Assembly: GCA_973895155.1 (NCBI GenBank)
Contig: OZ316892.1
Coordinates: forward strand, 11,348,238-11,412,237
DNA length: 64,000 nt
Direction of reading: 5' to 3'
Source: Marsupella aquatica
Taxonomy: Eukaryota; Plantae; Marchantiophyta
Shown here piece by piece: positions 37,931 to 50,800 of this stretch. The notes under the pieces were generated by a model. It saw only the letters and a program-made list of their open reading frames with translations, was not told where the DNA came from and ran no database searches. How positions within the stretch are numbered: the stretch's first letter is position 1; the number at the start of each line of letters is the position of its first letter. The translations under genes were made by a program, and so were the position numbers.

Positions 37931-39357
37931 GGGAGTATTAGCGAGGAGGAGGAGGGGGTCGCCAACGGGGTATTGACAGGGGTGCAAGGGTCAAGAGGGT
38001 GTGTATACACACCACCAAAAAGGCCCTATTCTAAGGCAAAATGTGCACAAAAAAATAAATTTGTTGGGTTACTCACACTGCCGTTATCACTTTACACCAG
38101 ATAAAAACTAGTTGTCGATGGGAAATATTACCGAATTGCACCGACACCGTTTGCAACTCTAGCAAAGTAAAAAATTCCCGTCATGACTCCTTCACTCCGC
38201 GTCAAGTGTCAATCTTGGACTCAAAACGACCACTGCACCGCGATCTCTCCGTTGAGCCATTGCACTTCCTGTTTCTTCCTTTGAGTCGAACGCAACGACA
38301 AGAAACCCCGCTTCAGTCAAAAGAAGACTCCATAGCCAGTCAGAAACTCAGAACGGCTCTTTTGCTTGGTACATCGCACTCACTACACCCTCGATAGCAA
38401 ACCAGCTACCAAAATGATCAGCTTTGCCCAATCTATGATTTGAGCTAAAGGTTGTGACGCCTCGCGCACTACAAAGCTCACACCATCGGGAAAACGATCT
38501 CAGTTTCCCCCCAAAAGAACCGTCGAAGAAAACCGTCGAACACGAATCACAAAAAATCTAGAACGACAGAAACGTGAATTCCTTCGCACCACGAACTCCG
38601 TTCAGAGACTTGTTTGCACCGTCGGAAAGCCCTTGCCCCGATCTATCCGTTGAGCCCAACACCTCCAAGTTCCATGCGACAGAACTCCGTGAAATCCACC
38701 AACTCTAACCGCTGGAAAACCGTCACCAACACATCACATTTGATCACCTCAACGTCACCTCCCAGGCTTGCTCTGATACCAATTGTTGAACTAAGACGTC
38801 ATTCGCAATGACCATACAACCATGACTCATTCCATGCACACGTAGTCGACACAATCTCTACGTGGTTCACCTCTTCTCCAAGGCTACGTCCACACGAACA
38901 CTCAAGCTTTACTTCAAGAGTTGACGAACACACATCCTCTCCCTCTTCCTCAAGTTGCTCTATTACAATCAGTAAGCACCACACACCAGCAACTTACACT
39001 AGCCCTGGTATATACAAGGTCACACACGACTAATCTAACCTCGGCTAAGATCCTAACTGTGGTTAGCCTAAGTACTGTAACCTATGAGTCACAAGACTAA
39101 GAGAAATCCTTAACAGTCACATTGCTCTATGAGATTTGCAGAGTCTTTGTACAGGGCTGTTGTAGGTTTCAGTCACTATTTTTTTGTAGGTGTACCAATT
39201 AAGCCTGGTTTGTATTTTCTTTCAAGTCTATCTTCATACATGATAGGATAAGCTACCAGGGGAATGAATGTGCTGAACTTTCTGTCCATGAAGGGAAGAA
39301 TTAGTTGCAGATACTAGGGAGACAACAGCAATTCACACACCAAAATGTATGACTATA

Positions 39358-41404
39358 CTAGCTCAATACCTGTGCGTTGCACAAAAGAAGTTGTGTCGGC
39401 TAAGATGTTGTTGAAAAAAATAAAATGTCGTGTCAGCCAAGAGGTCGTAGAGAGAAATGATGTCTTGTCGGCCAAGAGGTCGTTGAGAGAAAAGAAATCG
39501 TTGAGAAAAAAAGATGTCGTGTTGGCCAAGAGGTCGTTAAAAAAAAAGTTGTCATTGAAAAAAAGATATCGTCTCAGCAAAGACATCATTGAGGGAAAGA
39601 TGTCATGTCGGCCAAGACATTGTTGAGGGAAAATACCCGTGCATTGCACAAAAAATGTCGTTAAGAAAAAAGATGTTGTGTCGCCTAAAATGTCATTAAA
39701 ATAAAGATATCGTGGCGCCCAAGATATTGTTAAGAAAACAGATGTTGTGGCGTCCAAGATGTAGTGTCCCCCAAGACGTTGCTAAGAGGAAAGTGTTGTG
39801 GTGCCCAAAATGCTCTTAAGAGAATTATATGTTGTGTTTCCCAAGAATGATGTTCTTATGTGAAAGATGTCATGAAATAAAAATATGTTGTTAAGAAAAA
39901 GAAGTCATTTTGCCAAAGATGGCATGTTGCCCAAAAGGTCATCAAGTAAAAAATTGTGTCAAGTATGTAGATGTCATGCCGGCAATGATGTCGTTATGCC
40001 AAAAATGTCGTTAAGTATTAAGATGTTGTTAAGTACAAAATGGTCAATAGATAAAGTATGTCATTACTCAAAGATGTTGTGAAGTAAAAGATGTTGTTAA
40101 GTACATCTCGGGCCTGATACCTGTGCATTGCACAAATGATGCATGTTGAGGTGAGAAAATATATCAAGGTGAGAAAAGATGTCGATAAGAGAAAAACATT
40201 TCGAGCTGAGAAAAACATGTCAAGGAGAGAAAAAATGGTAAGGTGAGAAAAAGATGTCAAATTAGAGAAGAACATTCTGAGGTGAGAAAAATATGTCAAG
40301 GAGAGAAAAGATGGCGAGATGAGAAAAAGATGACAGGATGAAAAAAATGTTGAGGGTGAAGAAAGATGTTGTGGTGAGATAAAGATGACCAGGTGAGAAA
40401 AATATGGCAAAATTAGACAAATATAATATCTATGTCGAGGTGAGAAAAGATCTCAAGGTGAGCAAAATATGTCAAGATGAGCAAAGATCTTGAGATGAGA
40501 AGATCTTAATATGAAGAAAAGATGTCAAGATGTCAAAATATTTTATCTCTATTTTATTTATATTTGAAATTATTTCAAAAAAATTAGAATTATTTATATA
40601 TGAATAAATTTAATTAAATTTTGATTAAATTTTTTCATTGTAGCAGGTATGGGAAAGTTAAAGGGTAGCTTGGGCAGGAACTTATTTTTAGAAGGGGTGT
40701 ATGGATAGATGTTACAATGTGGAGAAAATTATGTTTTGATGAACATTCAAGATTGATTGTCACTTTTTTTAGTTTGTAAAGGGACAGGATCAGGATTATA
40801 GTGGTAAAGGGAGGTCTCCTTGATACTCTTGCATTGCTAGAGACCCTCCTTATTTTCTTTGTACTATTCAATTCATTTTTTGCTTGGAAACATTGCTCTC
40901 CATTTTCATTCACAAAGGAAATCATTCTTTCATGTTTTTCATTTTTGGGATATTGCAAATTTGAATGACTACTATAAAAAAAGTAAAATTGTATTATAGC
41001 TTTTGACATTGTCTTTGTCATCTAACCTATTGTGTTTAATTAATTTATTTTAATTAAATTACTATCATTGTTATATTTTGTAATATTGTAATACTTGCAA
41101 TAATACATAATATCATATATATTATGTATTTTTATATTTCATGTGTGTGGGTTAGGAACCTCCTTGATACTCATGCATGTACATTCCCTCTCTCGTTTTG
41201 TGTGCTCGAGCATTGGCGCTCTCCTTTTGTGTCTCCCATTTGATTCCCTTCTTGTTTGGGATGCATTCATTACTTTTTTGGTGCACACTAAATTTAATAT
41301 AATCTTTATTCCTTCTCTTTGACATGATTAATATTTTTTGGACATTGCAAATTTGAATGACCACCACTTCATAAAAAGGCGCAACCTTGTATTATAGTTT
41401 ATGA
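39358..41404 (-). mobile_element. Non-autonomous Helitron A
   Basis: Minus-strand 5' A|TCATAAACTATAATAC at 41404 (inner 5' end at ~41006). 3' GTGCAACGCAC-AGGTATTGAG-CTAG|T at 39358, with inner hairpins at ~39638 and ~40122. Joined flanks restore a unit similar to 41514-41592. Confidence 0.87.
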
Positions 41405-42186
41405 TACATATTAGTATTAAGGCCTGTGTTAATATTTACCTGGTTCGAATATTTGCCTTAAGTTGTCACCAACGCAATGAAGCAGTTGAAGGACAAAAAT
41501 TACTTTCAGATTTTAGGGAGACAACCAGCAATACACACACAAAAATTTATGTATACATGTGATGATTGAGGCCTGTGTTAATATTTACCTGGTTTGAATA
41601 TTTGCCACAACTTGTCACCAACCAATGAAGCAGTTGATGTGAAGGCGCACTGAGAAGAACTGTCATCCTTACTTTTATCCATTGTTCTTCATGCAACATG
41701 ATCATCTGGTATCTCACATTGACTGGGAGACTCCCCCTATCGCTTCCCTTTACTGGGTTCTTTCGCCTTTGGGACCATGTCTCCGGGTTTGGCGTTCCTG
41801 TCCTTTTGGCAGTGTGATAGATATGACTCCATTGACTGGGCACCCATCTCCATTGTCAGTGTGACCTTTTGCTCTTGCAATAAAATATTGTAATACTCTT
41901 TTATGAACTGTCTATTTAATTTTGCTGGAAGAATCTCACATAGTCCGATTCCTTCCATACTGTCCAACATGACACTGCTTTACTTTATGGCCTCTTGTCA
42001 ATATTTTGTCTTACTAATTTTTTTTGGTGTACATTTTTGTTTTCAATGTGCCATCATATACAGTAGTAGTGTCCGTATTTTAGTTGCAATGTCACAGGGA
42101 ATAGTACTAATTAGTCCATTTGGATTCTGTGGTTTCTGTCTAGGGTCCATGGGACCATCTTTATGTTGTCATTAAAGATGTTCCAA

Positions 42187-44120
42187 TCCTAAAACTATAA
42201 TACAAGGTTGCGCCCTTTTATACCCTGGTCATCGTTCAAATATAGAGTGTCCAAAAAAAGATTCCGGCAAAAGAGGAAGGAATGAATAAAAGATAATAAA
42301 GTTTAGTATGAATGAAAGGGGAAGGAACACTCTGCAAAAAGGAAAGAGTGAAATGATTAGTAAATAAGCCCATGCAAGCACAAGGATCAATGTCAGTCCT
42401 CTACTTTTCATCAATGCATAAGTGAGAACAAGATGTAGTTTTCCATGCAAGTCAAAAATGTACTATTTATCTTCCATAGTTTTTGTTATAATTATCAAAA
42501 ACTATAATACACTATGGCACCAATTTATACCATGGTTGCCTTTCAAAATTGCTGGGCCGTTTTGGGTGTTTAGGGTTTAGGGAACCGGAAATCCTTAAAC
42601 CGGGTACCGTAGTTAAGGTTAACCTTAGTCGCAGACTTGGTTAGATTAATCATGTTGTGCACACTCTATAACCAAGCTGTGTTTGCTTGGAGAGTGAGAA
42701 CTGAGGCTCATTGTTACGGAGCTAGTTGAGAGATAGAGTTAGGTTAGTCATGTTGTGCACACTCTATAACCAAGTTATGTTTGCTTGGAGAGTGGGAACT
42801 CAGGCTCATTGTTACGGAGCTAGTTGAGAGATAGAGAGAGCTTGCGCTGTGGATGCTTGATATGGCCGGTCGGCCTAGAGTGCAGTAAAGCTCATGTGTG
42901 TTCCCGTGGACGTAGCCTCATGTGGAGGTGAACCACGTATCTCTCTGTGTCGACTCTTGTGTGTTGGATGGTTCATTGACTTGCCGTTACAATTGTCGTG
43001 TATGTTCAACACATAGTTTAGTGTAATACTGGTAGGAGTTAAATTTCAGATACTATTTTGTCAATAAGGGACTGCATACACTAATCAAATAAAACAATAA
43101 TTCTCCCAATATTTAGGATGATTTTTTACATTCATTTTTTGTGTCATTTTCACTGCCAAAAAATAAACAATTATAAGGTCTAAAGACATAGTAAAGATCA
43201 TGGCAGAAGCATTGATGGCAAGGTGTCGGGCGAGGGGCACACTTTTACTTGATAACATCTTTTTACTCCACAATATCTTTCACATAACAAACCATTTGGC
43301 ACCACATCATCTTTTTATTCATGACATCTTTCACATAACATCTTTCTTTCACATAACAACTTCTTTTCTGTTAGTTATGACAATTTTTACTTGATGACAA
43401 CTATTAAATACTTGATGACAACTTTTTACTTGACGACATGTTTGGAAAAATGACTTCTTTTTTCTTAACGACGTCTTTTACTTGAAACGGGCTTGACAAC
43501 GTCTTTCACATAACTACATCTTTGAACTGGCAAAACAACTTCATTGTTCTTAACGACATGGTTTTACTTCATGACATCTTGGGCGACACGACATCTTTTG
43601 TGCAACACACGGATATTGATAGAGCTATTTGTACTTAACAAAACCTTTGGCATAATGTGTTACGACATCATTGGCAACACGACCTCTATTTCTTCCACAA
43701 CCTCTTGGCCAAGATGACATCTTTCTTCTCAACAACATCTTGGGCGACATGAGATCTTATGTTCTCAACAACCTCTTGGCCGACAAGACATCTTTCTTCT
43801 CAACAACCTCTTGGCCGACATACATCTTTTGTTCTCATCGACTTCTTGGGCAACACGACATCTTTTGTTCTCACTGACATCTTGGCCGAGATGACATCTT
43901 TTGTTTTCAATGACATCTTGGGCGACACGGGATCTTCTGTTCTCAACAACCTCTTGGCCGACAAGACATCTTTTGTTCTCAACAACATCTTTTTCTCAAT
44001 GACCTCTTGGCTGACATGTCATCTTTCTTCTCAATAACCTCTTGGCCGATATGACATCTTTTGTTCTCAACATTTTAGCCGTCATGACATCTTTTGTGCG
44101 ACGCACGGGTATTGAGCTAG
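42187..44120 (+). mobile_element. Non-autonomous Helitron B
   Basis: 5' A|TCCTAAAACTATAATAC (second 5' end at 42495). 3' GTGCGACGCAC-GGGTATTGAG-CTAG|T (44117-44121), inner 3' end at ~43600-43626. 43012-43240 is the reverse-complement homologue of 62270-62490 in Helitron C. Confidence 0.85.
42620..43011 (+). mobile_element. Partial or solo LTR related to the Copia #1 LTR, nested in Helitron B
   Basis: 42770-43011 aligns with the reverse complement of the Copia #1 LTR (GGAGGTGAACCACGTATCTC...TTGGATGGTTCAT...TCAACA end). Internal ~90-bp tandem duplication. Left border and TSD are not resolved. Confidence 0.8.
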
Positions 44121-44139
44121 TTAATAACATTGAAATTAG

Positions 44140-44385
44140 TTACGGACCCCACTAGAGGTCCCTTCCAAAATTTGAGACTCCACAACGCACCACGTCATCG
44201 AGATGCTCGGCAAACAGATACGAATTGGTTTACAAAATAAAATTGCTTTAACATTCGTGTCTATGGCATGATTTTGGTAAAATTGAGGATGCCATGTCGT
44301 AAACCTTTATGTAAAAATGTTTGAAAAATAACCGTTTTATTTACCCTAGGTAAGAGATTGTTCAATTAGTAGGAGGCCCACCTTC
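44140..44385. repeat. Second copy of the dispersed repeat at 82-325
   Basis: Colinear alignment with 82-325. Confidence 0.75.
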
Positions 44386-44862
44386 CGGTTTTTTTTACCC
44401 TGAGTAACCGCTGCCCACAAGCATTATGAATTGTGTTTCAATTGAATAATAACTAAATCTCTCTCGACAAGTTGATCTTATGACAAAGTAATCGTGATAA
44501 TTTTCTTGACCTTCTGCTGCCACAAAGGAAGAAGTGGACATGATTCTATGTTGATCACTCAACACTCCTTTCCATGGCATTATCATTGCAATTCGTAACT
44601 CGGTGATGCCTCTCGCTACTGTTAGATTGTCCAACACATGAGGCACGAGTGAACGAAAAAGAAGCAAGCTTAGCGGGGTTCAGTAAGGGCCTCATCTATG
44701 TGCAGATGGTGTTGAAGAGCCTGGGCATGAAAGAAGGACATAGTTATAAGAAGTGTCAGTAGATGATCAAGAGAGTCGATCGTGATGTCAGCAGAAGGTG
44801 GACTTTCAGGAGTTGATGTCGTTTGAAGCTTTCTGTTAATATAGGGTTCACAAACTAATTTT

Positions 44863-47800
44863 TGTGAGAATAGAATGAATCATGTATAGTCTGTGGCGTT
44901 TGGTACATGTAGTGGTGCCGGTCCGGTGACTGGTTGGTCCGGTCGTCTGGTCACCAGGTAGAGTCTAACACTCCCCTTTGGATATATAGTGACAACTATA
45001 TGGACAACATAGACTATACCGATTATATCATGTTCATAGGAAATACATGATATAAGTACAATCAAGGTAGACTGCCTCGTTAAAAAACCTTTATCAACTC
45101 TAGCTTAGTAAAAACTCTACCAGTGTAGCAGAGAAAAAATATGAGTGCTAAAGGAAAAAGAGTGCAGCCTAACAGTCCTCGTCGTAATAAATGTCAATAC
45201 TAAGTAAAGTTAGATGTTCTTGTAAGTCTAGCTTTAATATTTGTTTCAATAGTAGGTCGTTAGCATCATGTCATCAGCATCATGTCGTCAGCATCATCAA
45301 GCATCATGTGGAGCAGCGGTCTCCACGGTCATCATGCGTCGCACGCTTCGTAGTCCAATCACCTGGCAGTGTCGATGATGAACTGATGGCGATAGTGATT
45401 TGGTGAAGAGATCCGCACAGTTCTCTGCACTTGAAATCTGCAAAATGTTGATCTCTTTTCCGTGTAACTCGTGGGTGTAGAAAAACTTTGGAGCTATATG
45501 TTTCACGCGATCGCCTTTGATGAATTCTTTTATGATCTGCTGTATACATGCTGCGTTATCCTCAAAAATGTTACTAGGCTTCGTTAGTGGTGGTAGGCCG
45601 CATTTGGTGTTGATGTGGTTTATAAAGGATCGTAACCAAATGGCTTCACGACTAGCCTCATGTAGAGCTAAGATTTCTGAGTGATTCGATGAGGTTGCTG
45701 TTAGGGTCTGTTTCACGCTTTTCCAAGAAAAAGTGGTACTCCCTATGGTAAAAACGTATCCAGTTTGGGATTTTGCGGTATCAGTGTCGGAGAGATATCC
45801 AGCATCCGCATATCCTATGAGCTCGTGGTTTGCACCGAATGGGTAAAATAACCCGGTATCGGTGATTCCACGTAGATATCTAAATACGTGCTTAACTACG
45901 TTCCAGTGTCTGGTTGTGGAAGTTGCACTATGTCTAGCTAGTAAGTTAACTGTAAATGCAATGTCTGGTCGTGTCTGATTTGCTAGATACATTAATGCTT
46001 CTATCGTAGAAAGATATTGAGTTTCTGGTCCTAATATTGGTTCATGTTCTTTGCGCTTACGAAAAACATCAGTATTGTTTTCTAATGAACGTACAACCAT
46101 TGGTGACGTCAATGGGTGTGCTAGGTTCATATTGAACTGTTTTAGGATCTTTTCGGTTTGTGTGGTTTGATGGAGCATCATGCCAGTAGGTAAGATCTCC
46201 AGTTGTAATCCTAAGCAAAAGTTTATATGTCCAAGGTCTTTCATCTCAAATATTGATTTAAGACGAGTAATAGTATCTTCGGTAATTTGGGGTGTCCCAA
46301 ATATGTTTAAGTCATCAACATAAATAGAAATGATGATATATTCATCATCCACATGTTTAATAAATAAACATGGTGTAATGGCATCATGGGAAAAACCCAT
46401 GGCAATCATTTCATCAGTAAATCTTTGATACCATACTCTGCCACTTTGTTTCAGGCCATATAATGCCTTCAACACGCGGATAGCTAGTCCGCGGCGAGTA
46501 TTCCGTACGGTTGACACAGCGGTGTCATTATTATGAGTTACATGTGTAGATGACACATGAGGTATAACTTGAGATAATTGTTTTATAATCTTATGTAAAT
46601 ATGGGATATGCGATTTAGCGCCTTGAGCTAAAGCTCGGCAATGTTGCTCCAACTCGGGAGGTGATCGCATGTATAGACAAGTGTCTAAAGTTCCATATAG
46701 ATATGTGGTTGCAACATCTAGTTGTCGCATTTGTAGTTTATGGAAAATGGCAAATCCAATAAGATATCGGAATGTTGTGCTATCCATAACCGGTGAATAG
46801 GTTTCATCGTAATGAATTCCTGGTTGTTGTGTAAATCCTTTCCCTACCAGACGTGCTTTGTAGCGTACAACTTGGCCTTTATCATTTCTTTTGCGTACAA
46901 ATGTTCACTTGTAGCCAATTAGGTGTACGTCTTGCGGTGTTGGCTCGACTGGGCCAAAAGTGTGTCTGCTGAGTAGAGAATCTAATTCTCCATATATAGC
47001 TTTTTGCCATTCAGGCCAATCTGGTCTGTTTTGGCATTCTAAGATAGATATTGGTTCGAGTGTATCGTTAGTGATATGTGTTGCCACCATTAATGCAAAG
47101 GCATCATCGATTGAAGTAGTATTTCTATCCCACATCGCACCGGTGTGTGCGTAGTGGATAGAGATCTCCTCATGAGTTGTAGATTCGGCATGATCGACAT
47201 CAGGTGAAGGTGGTATAGATGAACCGCGCCTTCTTGGTTGTTTATCCTTTGATCCCAAAGGTCTGCCACGTTTGGCACGAGGTTGGGATGTACTTGCTGG
47301 CTCACTTGATAATTCGATGCGAGCAGATGCTCTCGCAGCTGGAATATGTGAGCGGCTAACTTGTGATGTATCGACGAAAGCGTCGGGAAGTTCTTCCACA
47401 ATCTTGTGGAGTTGTAAAATTCTTTGAACTTCTTTCTCCCCTTGATTGGTTCTAAGGTCTTGCCAAAATGGCGAATGTCTTTCCCACTCCAAAGGTGATT
47501 GTGGGTGTTCAAGGGTTACTAACGGTGGATAAACATGTTCATCGAAATGGCAATCTAGGAATCTAGATTTAAAAACATCGCCAGTTGTAGGCTCCATATA
47601 TCGGATTATGGACGGAGAGTCGAATCCGATGTATATCCCCAACTGTCGTTGGGGTCCCATCTTGGTTCGTTTGGGTGGAGTAATGGGGACCATTACTTGA
47701 CATCCAAATGAACGAAGGTGTGATAGGTCAGGTTTGATACCATTAGCAATTTGATATGGGCTATATGTATTAAAAGCCGATGGACGGTATTGGATTAATG

Positions 47801-50800
47801 CATTAGCCTGTAATATGGCGTGTCCCCATGCTGAGACGGGGAGTTTTGACTGCATTAGTAATGGGCGTGCAATTAACTGAAGGCGTTTAATGACCGCTTC
47901 AGCTAATCCATTCTGAAAATGTACGTGAGGTACGGGATACTGTACGTCGATGCCAAGTGATGTGCAAAAGTTGTCAATTCCCCTGCATTGTCCACCCTTA
48001 GTGTCTTAATGGGGTGGTCTGGGAATTGTGCTTTCACGCGCAGGATTTGCGCCAAAATGCGAGGCATGACCATGTTCCTCGTTGAAAGCAGTGTCACATT
48101 TGACCATTTAGTTGATGCGTTGATTAATACCATAAAGTAGCGGAAAGGTCCGCTTGATGGGTTAATTGGCCCGCAAACATCTGCATGGATGATTTCCAAG
48201 AATTGGGGTATTTTAGTTGGCAATTTTGATGCCGTGGGCCTTGTTATTAATTTGCCGCGTGAGCATGCAGTGCATGGGGTGCTCGCTGGAAAGTGGCGTG
48301 TATTGATTGGAATGCCTCTTGAGTTCTTAATGATTTTGGTTAGCATTGATTGGCCGGGGTGGCCAAGGCGTGCATGCCAAAGCGCATGCAATTCGCTTGT
48401 GTTGGCATTGTTATGCAGACATTCAATATGAGTTACATAAAACCCGCAGGGGTACGAGAAAAAGGGTCTCTTTAATAATTTTCCCCGTAGGTGTATTTTC
48501 AACCAAGTGTATCACTTCCTGATCTCTGGTATCGCCCGTCTGGACATGTAGTCCGTTCGCTCGTATATCTCTAAAACTGAGGAGATTACGAGTTGTGTTC
48601 GGGGTGAAAATTGCAGATTCTATGTGTATTTCGGTACCCTGTGGGAGTCTAATAGAAGCTGGGCCGAAGCCCTCTTCTATTTGGCTAGGACCATTGATAG
48701 TGGTTAGGGATCAACATGAGGGTGTAATCTTGTGGAAAAGGTGCCTATCCCTGAGGATAGTATGCGTGGTCGCACTGTCGATAATACATGTGCTTGGACT
48801 ATTTAAATTTGGTGTAGTGGAGCTACTTGCCACTAAGTGTGCCTCGGGTTGGACAGGTAGGTCTGAAAAGTCTTGGAATGGGTCACTAGACTCCATAAAC
48901 GCCCCGTGGGTTTCACGGGGTGGTGCCCTAGAGGTTTGTCCATTCTGGATGGACCGTTGATATAGTTCTCTAAAGTGTTGCGGGATTCTACAGTTTCTCG
49001 CTAGGTGGTTTGTCATGCCACATTCATGGCATTTCGGTCGTTCCCGTTGTTGTCGGGGTTGTGACCAATCGTTTCCACAGTTGTTGTTATATGTTCTACC
49101 ACCGCCGCGTCCGCCGCGTCCTCCGCGTCCGCCGCGTCCTCGAAAGGTTTGTTGGGAGTTATATTGTGGACGTTGGTTATAGAAACTCCCCCTGTTGTGG
49201 ATGTTTCTCCGGTTGCTATTCTTAGTGCTTTTAATGCCTTGCCTCGATGTGGAGGGTTCAATGTTATGGGTTTCATTCTGTTGTCCTGAGGGCATTGTGC
49301 CCGCAGGTCGTTTTCTAGAGTTTACGAAAAGAAGTTCTTGGTTTCTTTTGGTGACTAGGAGGTGGGCTATGAGCTCGGAGTATTGCCCGAACTTCATGTT
49401 TCGATACTGTGTTGATAGCCACACATTCGATGAATGAAATGTCGACAAGGTCTTCTCTAGCAGATCCTTGTCTGTGACCGGTTTGCCACATAGTGCGAGG
49501 GTTGATGTTATTCTAAAGAGTTCGCTATTGTAGGCTGAAATAGAGGTAAAGTCCTGGACTCGCAGGTTTAGCTAGTCTTGCCTGGCTTTAGGTAGTTCGA
49601 CCAATTTTTGGTGGTCGAATCGGGTTTGGAGCGCTGTCCAAAGTTCACGAGGGGTTGAGAGGTGCATGTATTGTCTTTGTAAGAATCTATGGATATGACG
49701 TCTAAGGAATACAAGGGCCTTAGATTCGTTGGCTTTAGTTAACGGGTCTGGTTGGGGTTCGCCAGCTAGTATAGGTTGAGCCATCCCTATAGCTGGGAGT
49801 AGGGTTAGCGAGGTAAGGTTCTCTCTAAGGTTCATTGACCATTCCAGGTAGTTGCTACTATCGATGTCTAGGGCTGGAAATGTTAATTTCTCTAGGTTGG
49901 TCATCGGGTTGGTGGCTTGATTCCTTTCAATGGTAGTGGAGGCTTATATACTAGCAGGTATAGTAAGAAACAACAAAGCACATTTCTGCGGCATGCAAAG
50001 TGGGGCTGGGTGGAGAGAGCATGCAAATATGGAATTCAATTTTAGGGTTTGCACTTAGGATTTAGGTTTTCCTTGCTATTTGGTTAACTGCAAAGTTTCC
50101 TTTGTATTTGCTTTTTTCTTTGTTAAACTGTGCAGTAATGTAATTGTGCAGTTTGTGCAGTTATGGGTGGTAATATACTCGTGCCTTGGTTAAGTGCACA
50201 TGCAGCTTTGTAAAGTAAACTTTTCTTGGTTACGGTGTGCAGTTATGCGGATGTGCGCTTAGGTTTTGCAGTTATGGTTAAGTGCAACTTTTCCTTTGTA
50301 ACTGAAATCTCTTTGACGGATTTTTCACTTAAAGAGGTTTTGCACTTAGCGATAGTTTGCTCGTGTTTTTGTCGATTTCTTGCGTGCTAATGTTGCGTAA
50401 TCCTGCTGGCAGTTGCGCCGGTTTGTATCTCGTTCACGCCTTGTCGAGCTCTTTCCGTGGGGTCGACTCCAATGCTGTTCTCGCCTTCGATCTTTGTCCT
50501 TATGAGTTTATGGGTTTCTCCCTCTTTTTCTCGGACTCGTTCCTGAATTGCCTCGAGCTTTTCTCTCTCTCGTTGCGTCCTGGATCGGCTGTCTCTATGT
50601 TGTGTCCTTATGAAAAGATATTTCTTGGTTCTTTTCTTTGGCTGGTTTGCGCAGTGCCTTCTTCTTTCTCAATTCGATCCTGGATTCCCCTGACTGTCGC
50701 GCCTGCAATCGATGTGCACCTCCTTATTTATTTCTCTTTTATCCTGCTTCTCTCAGCAATCTTCTATTCCTGCATTCGGCGTTCACTTGCGAGTCTACTG

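Larger units (their letters stand above)
32415..39115 (-). mobile_element. Full-length Ty1/Copia LTR retrotransposon #2 (Tnt1/Tork-like), related to but older than #1
   Basis: 332-bp LTRs at 32415-32746 and 38784-39115 (~9 mismatches, mostly transitions). GTCAC TSD (32410-32414, 39116-39120). PBS TGGTATCAGAGC at 38770-38781. PPT at 32747-32760. Confidence 0.97.

Noticed and set aside
39345-40410. Lys-rich and Phe/Ser-rich ORFs (also 29572-30346 and 43200-44037)
   Set aside because: Translations of Helitron internal tandem repeats.
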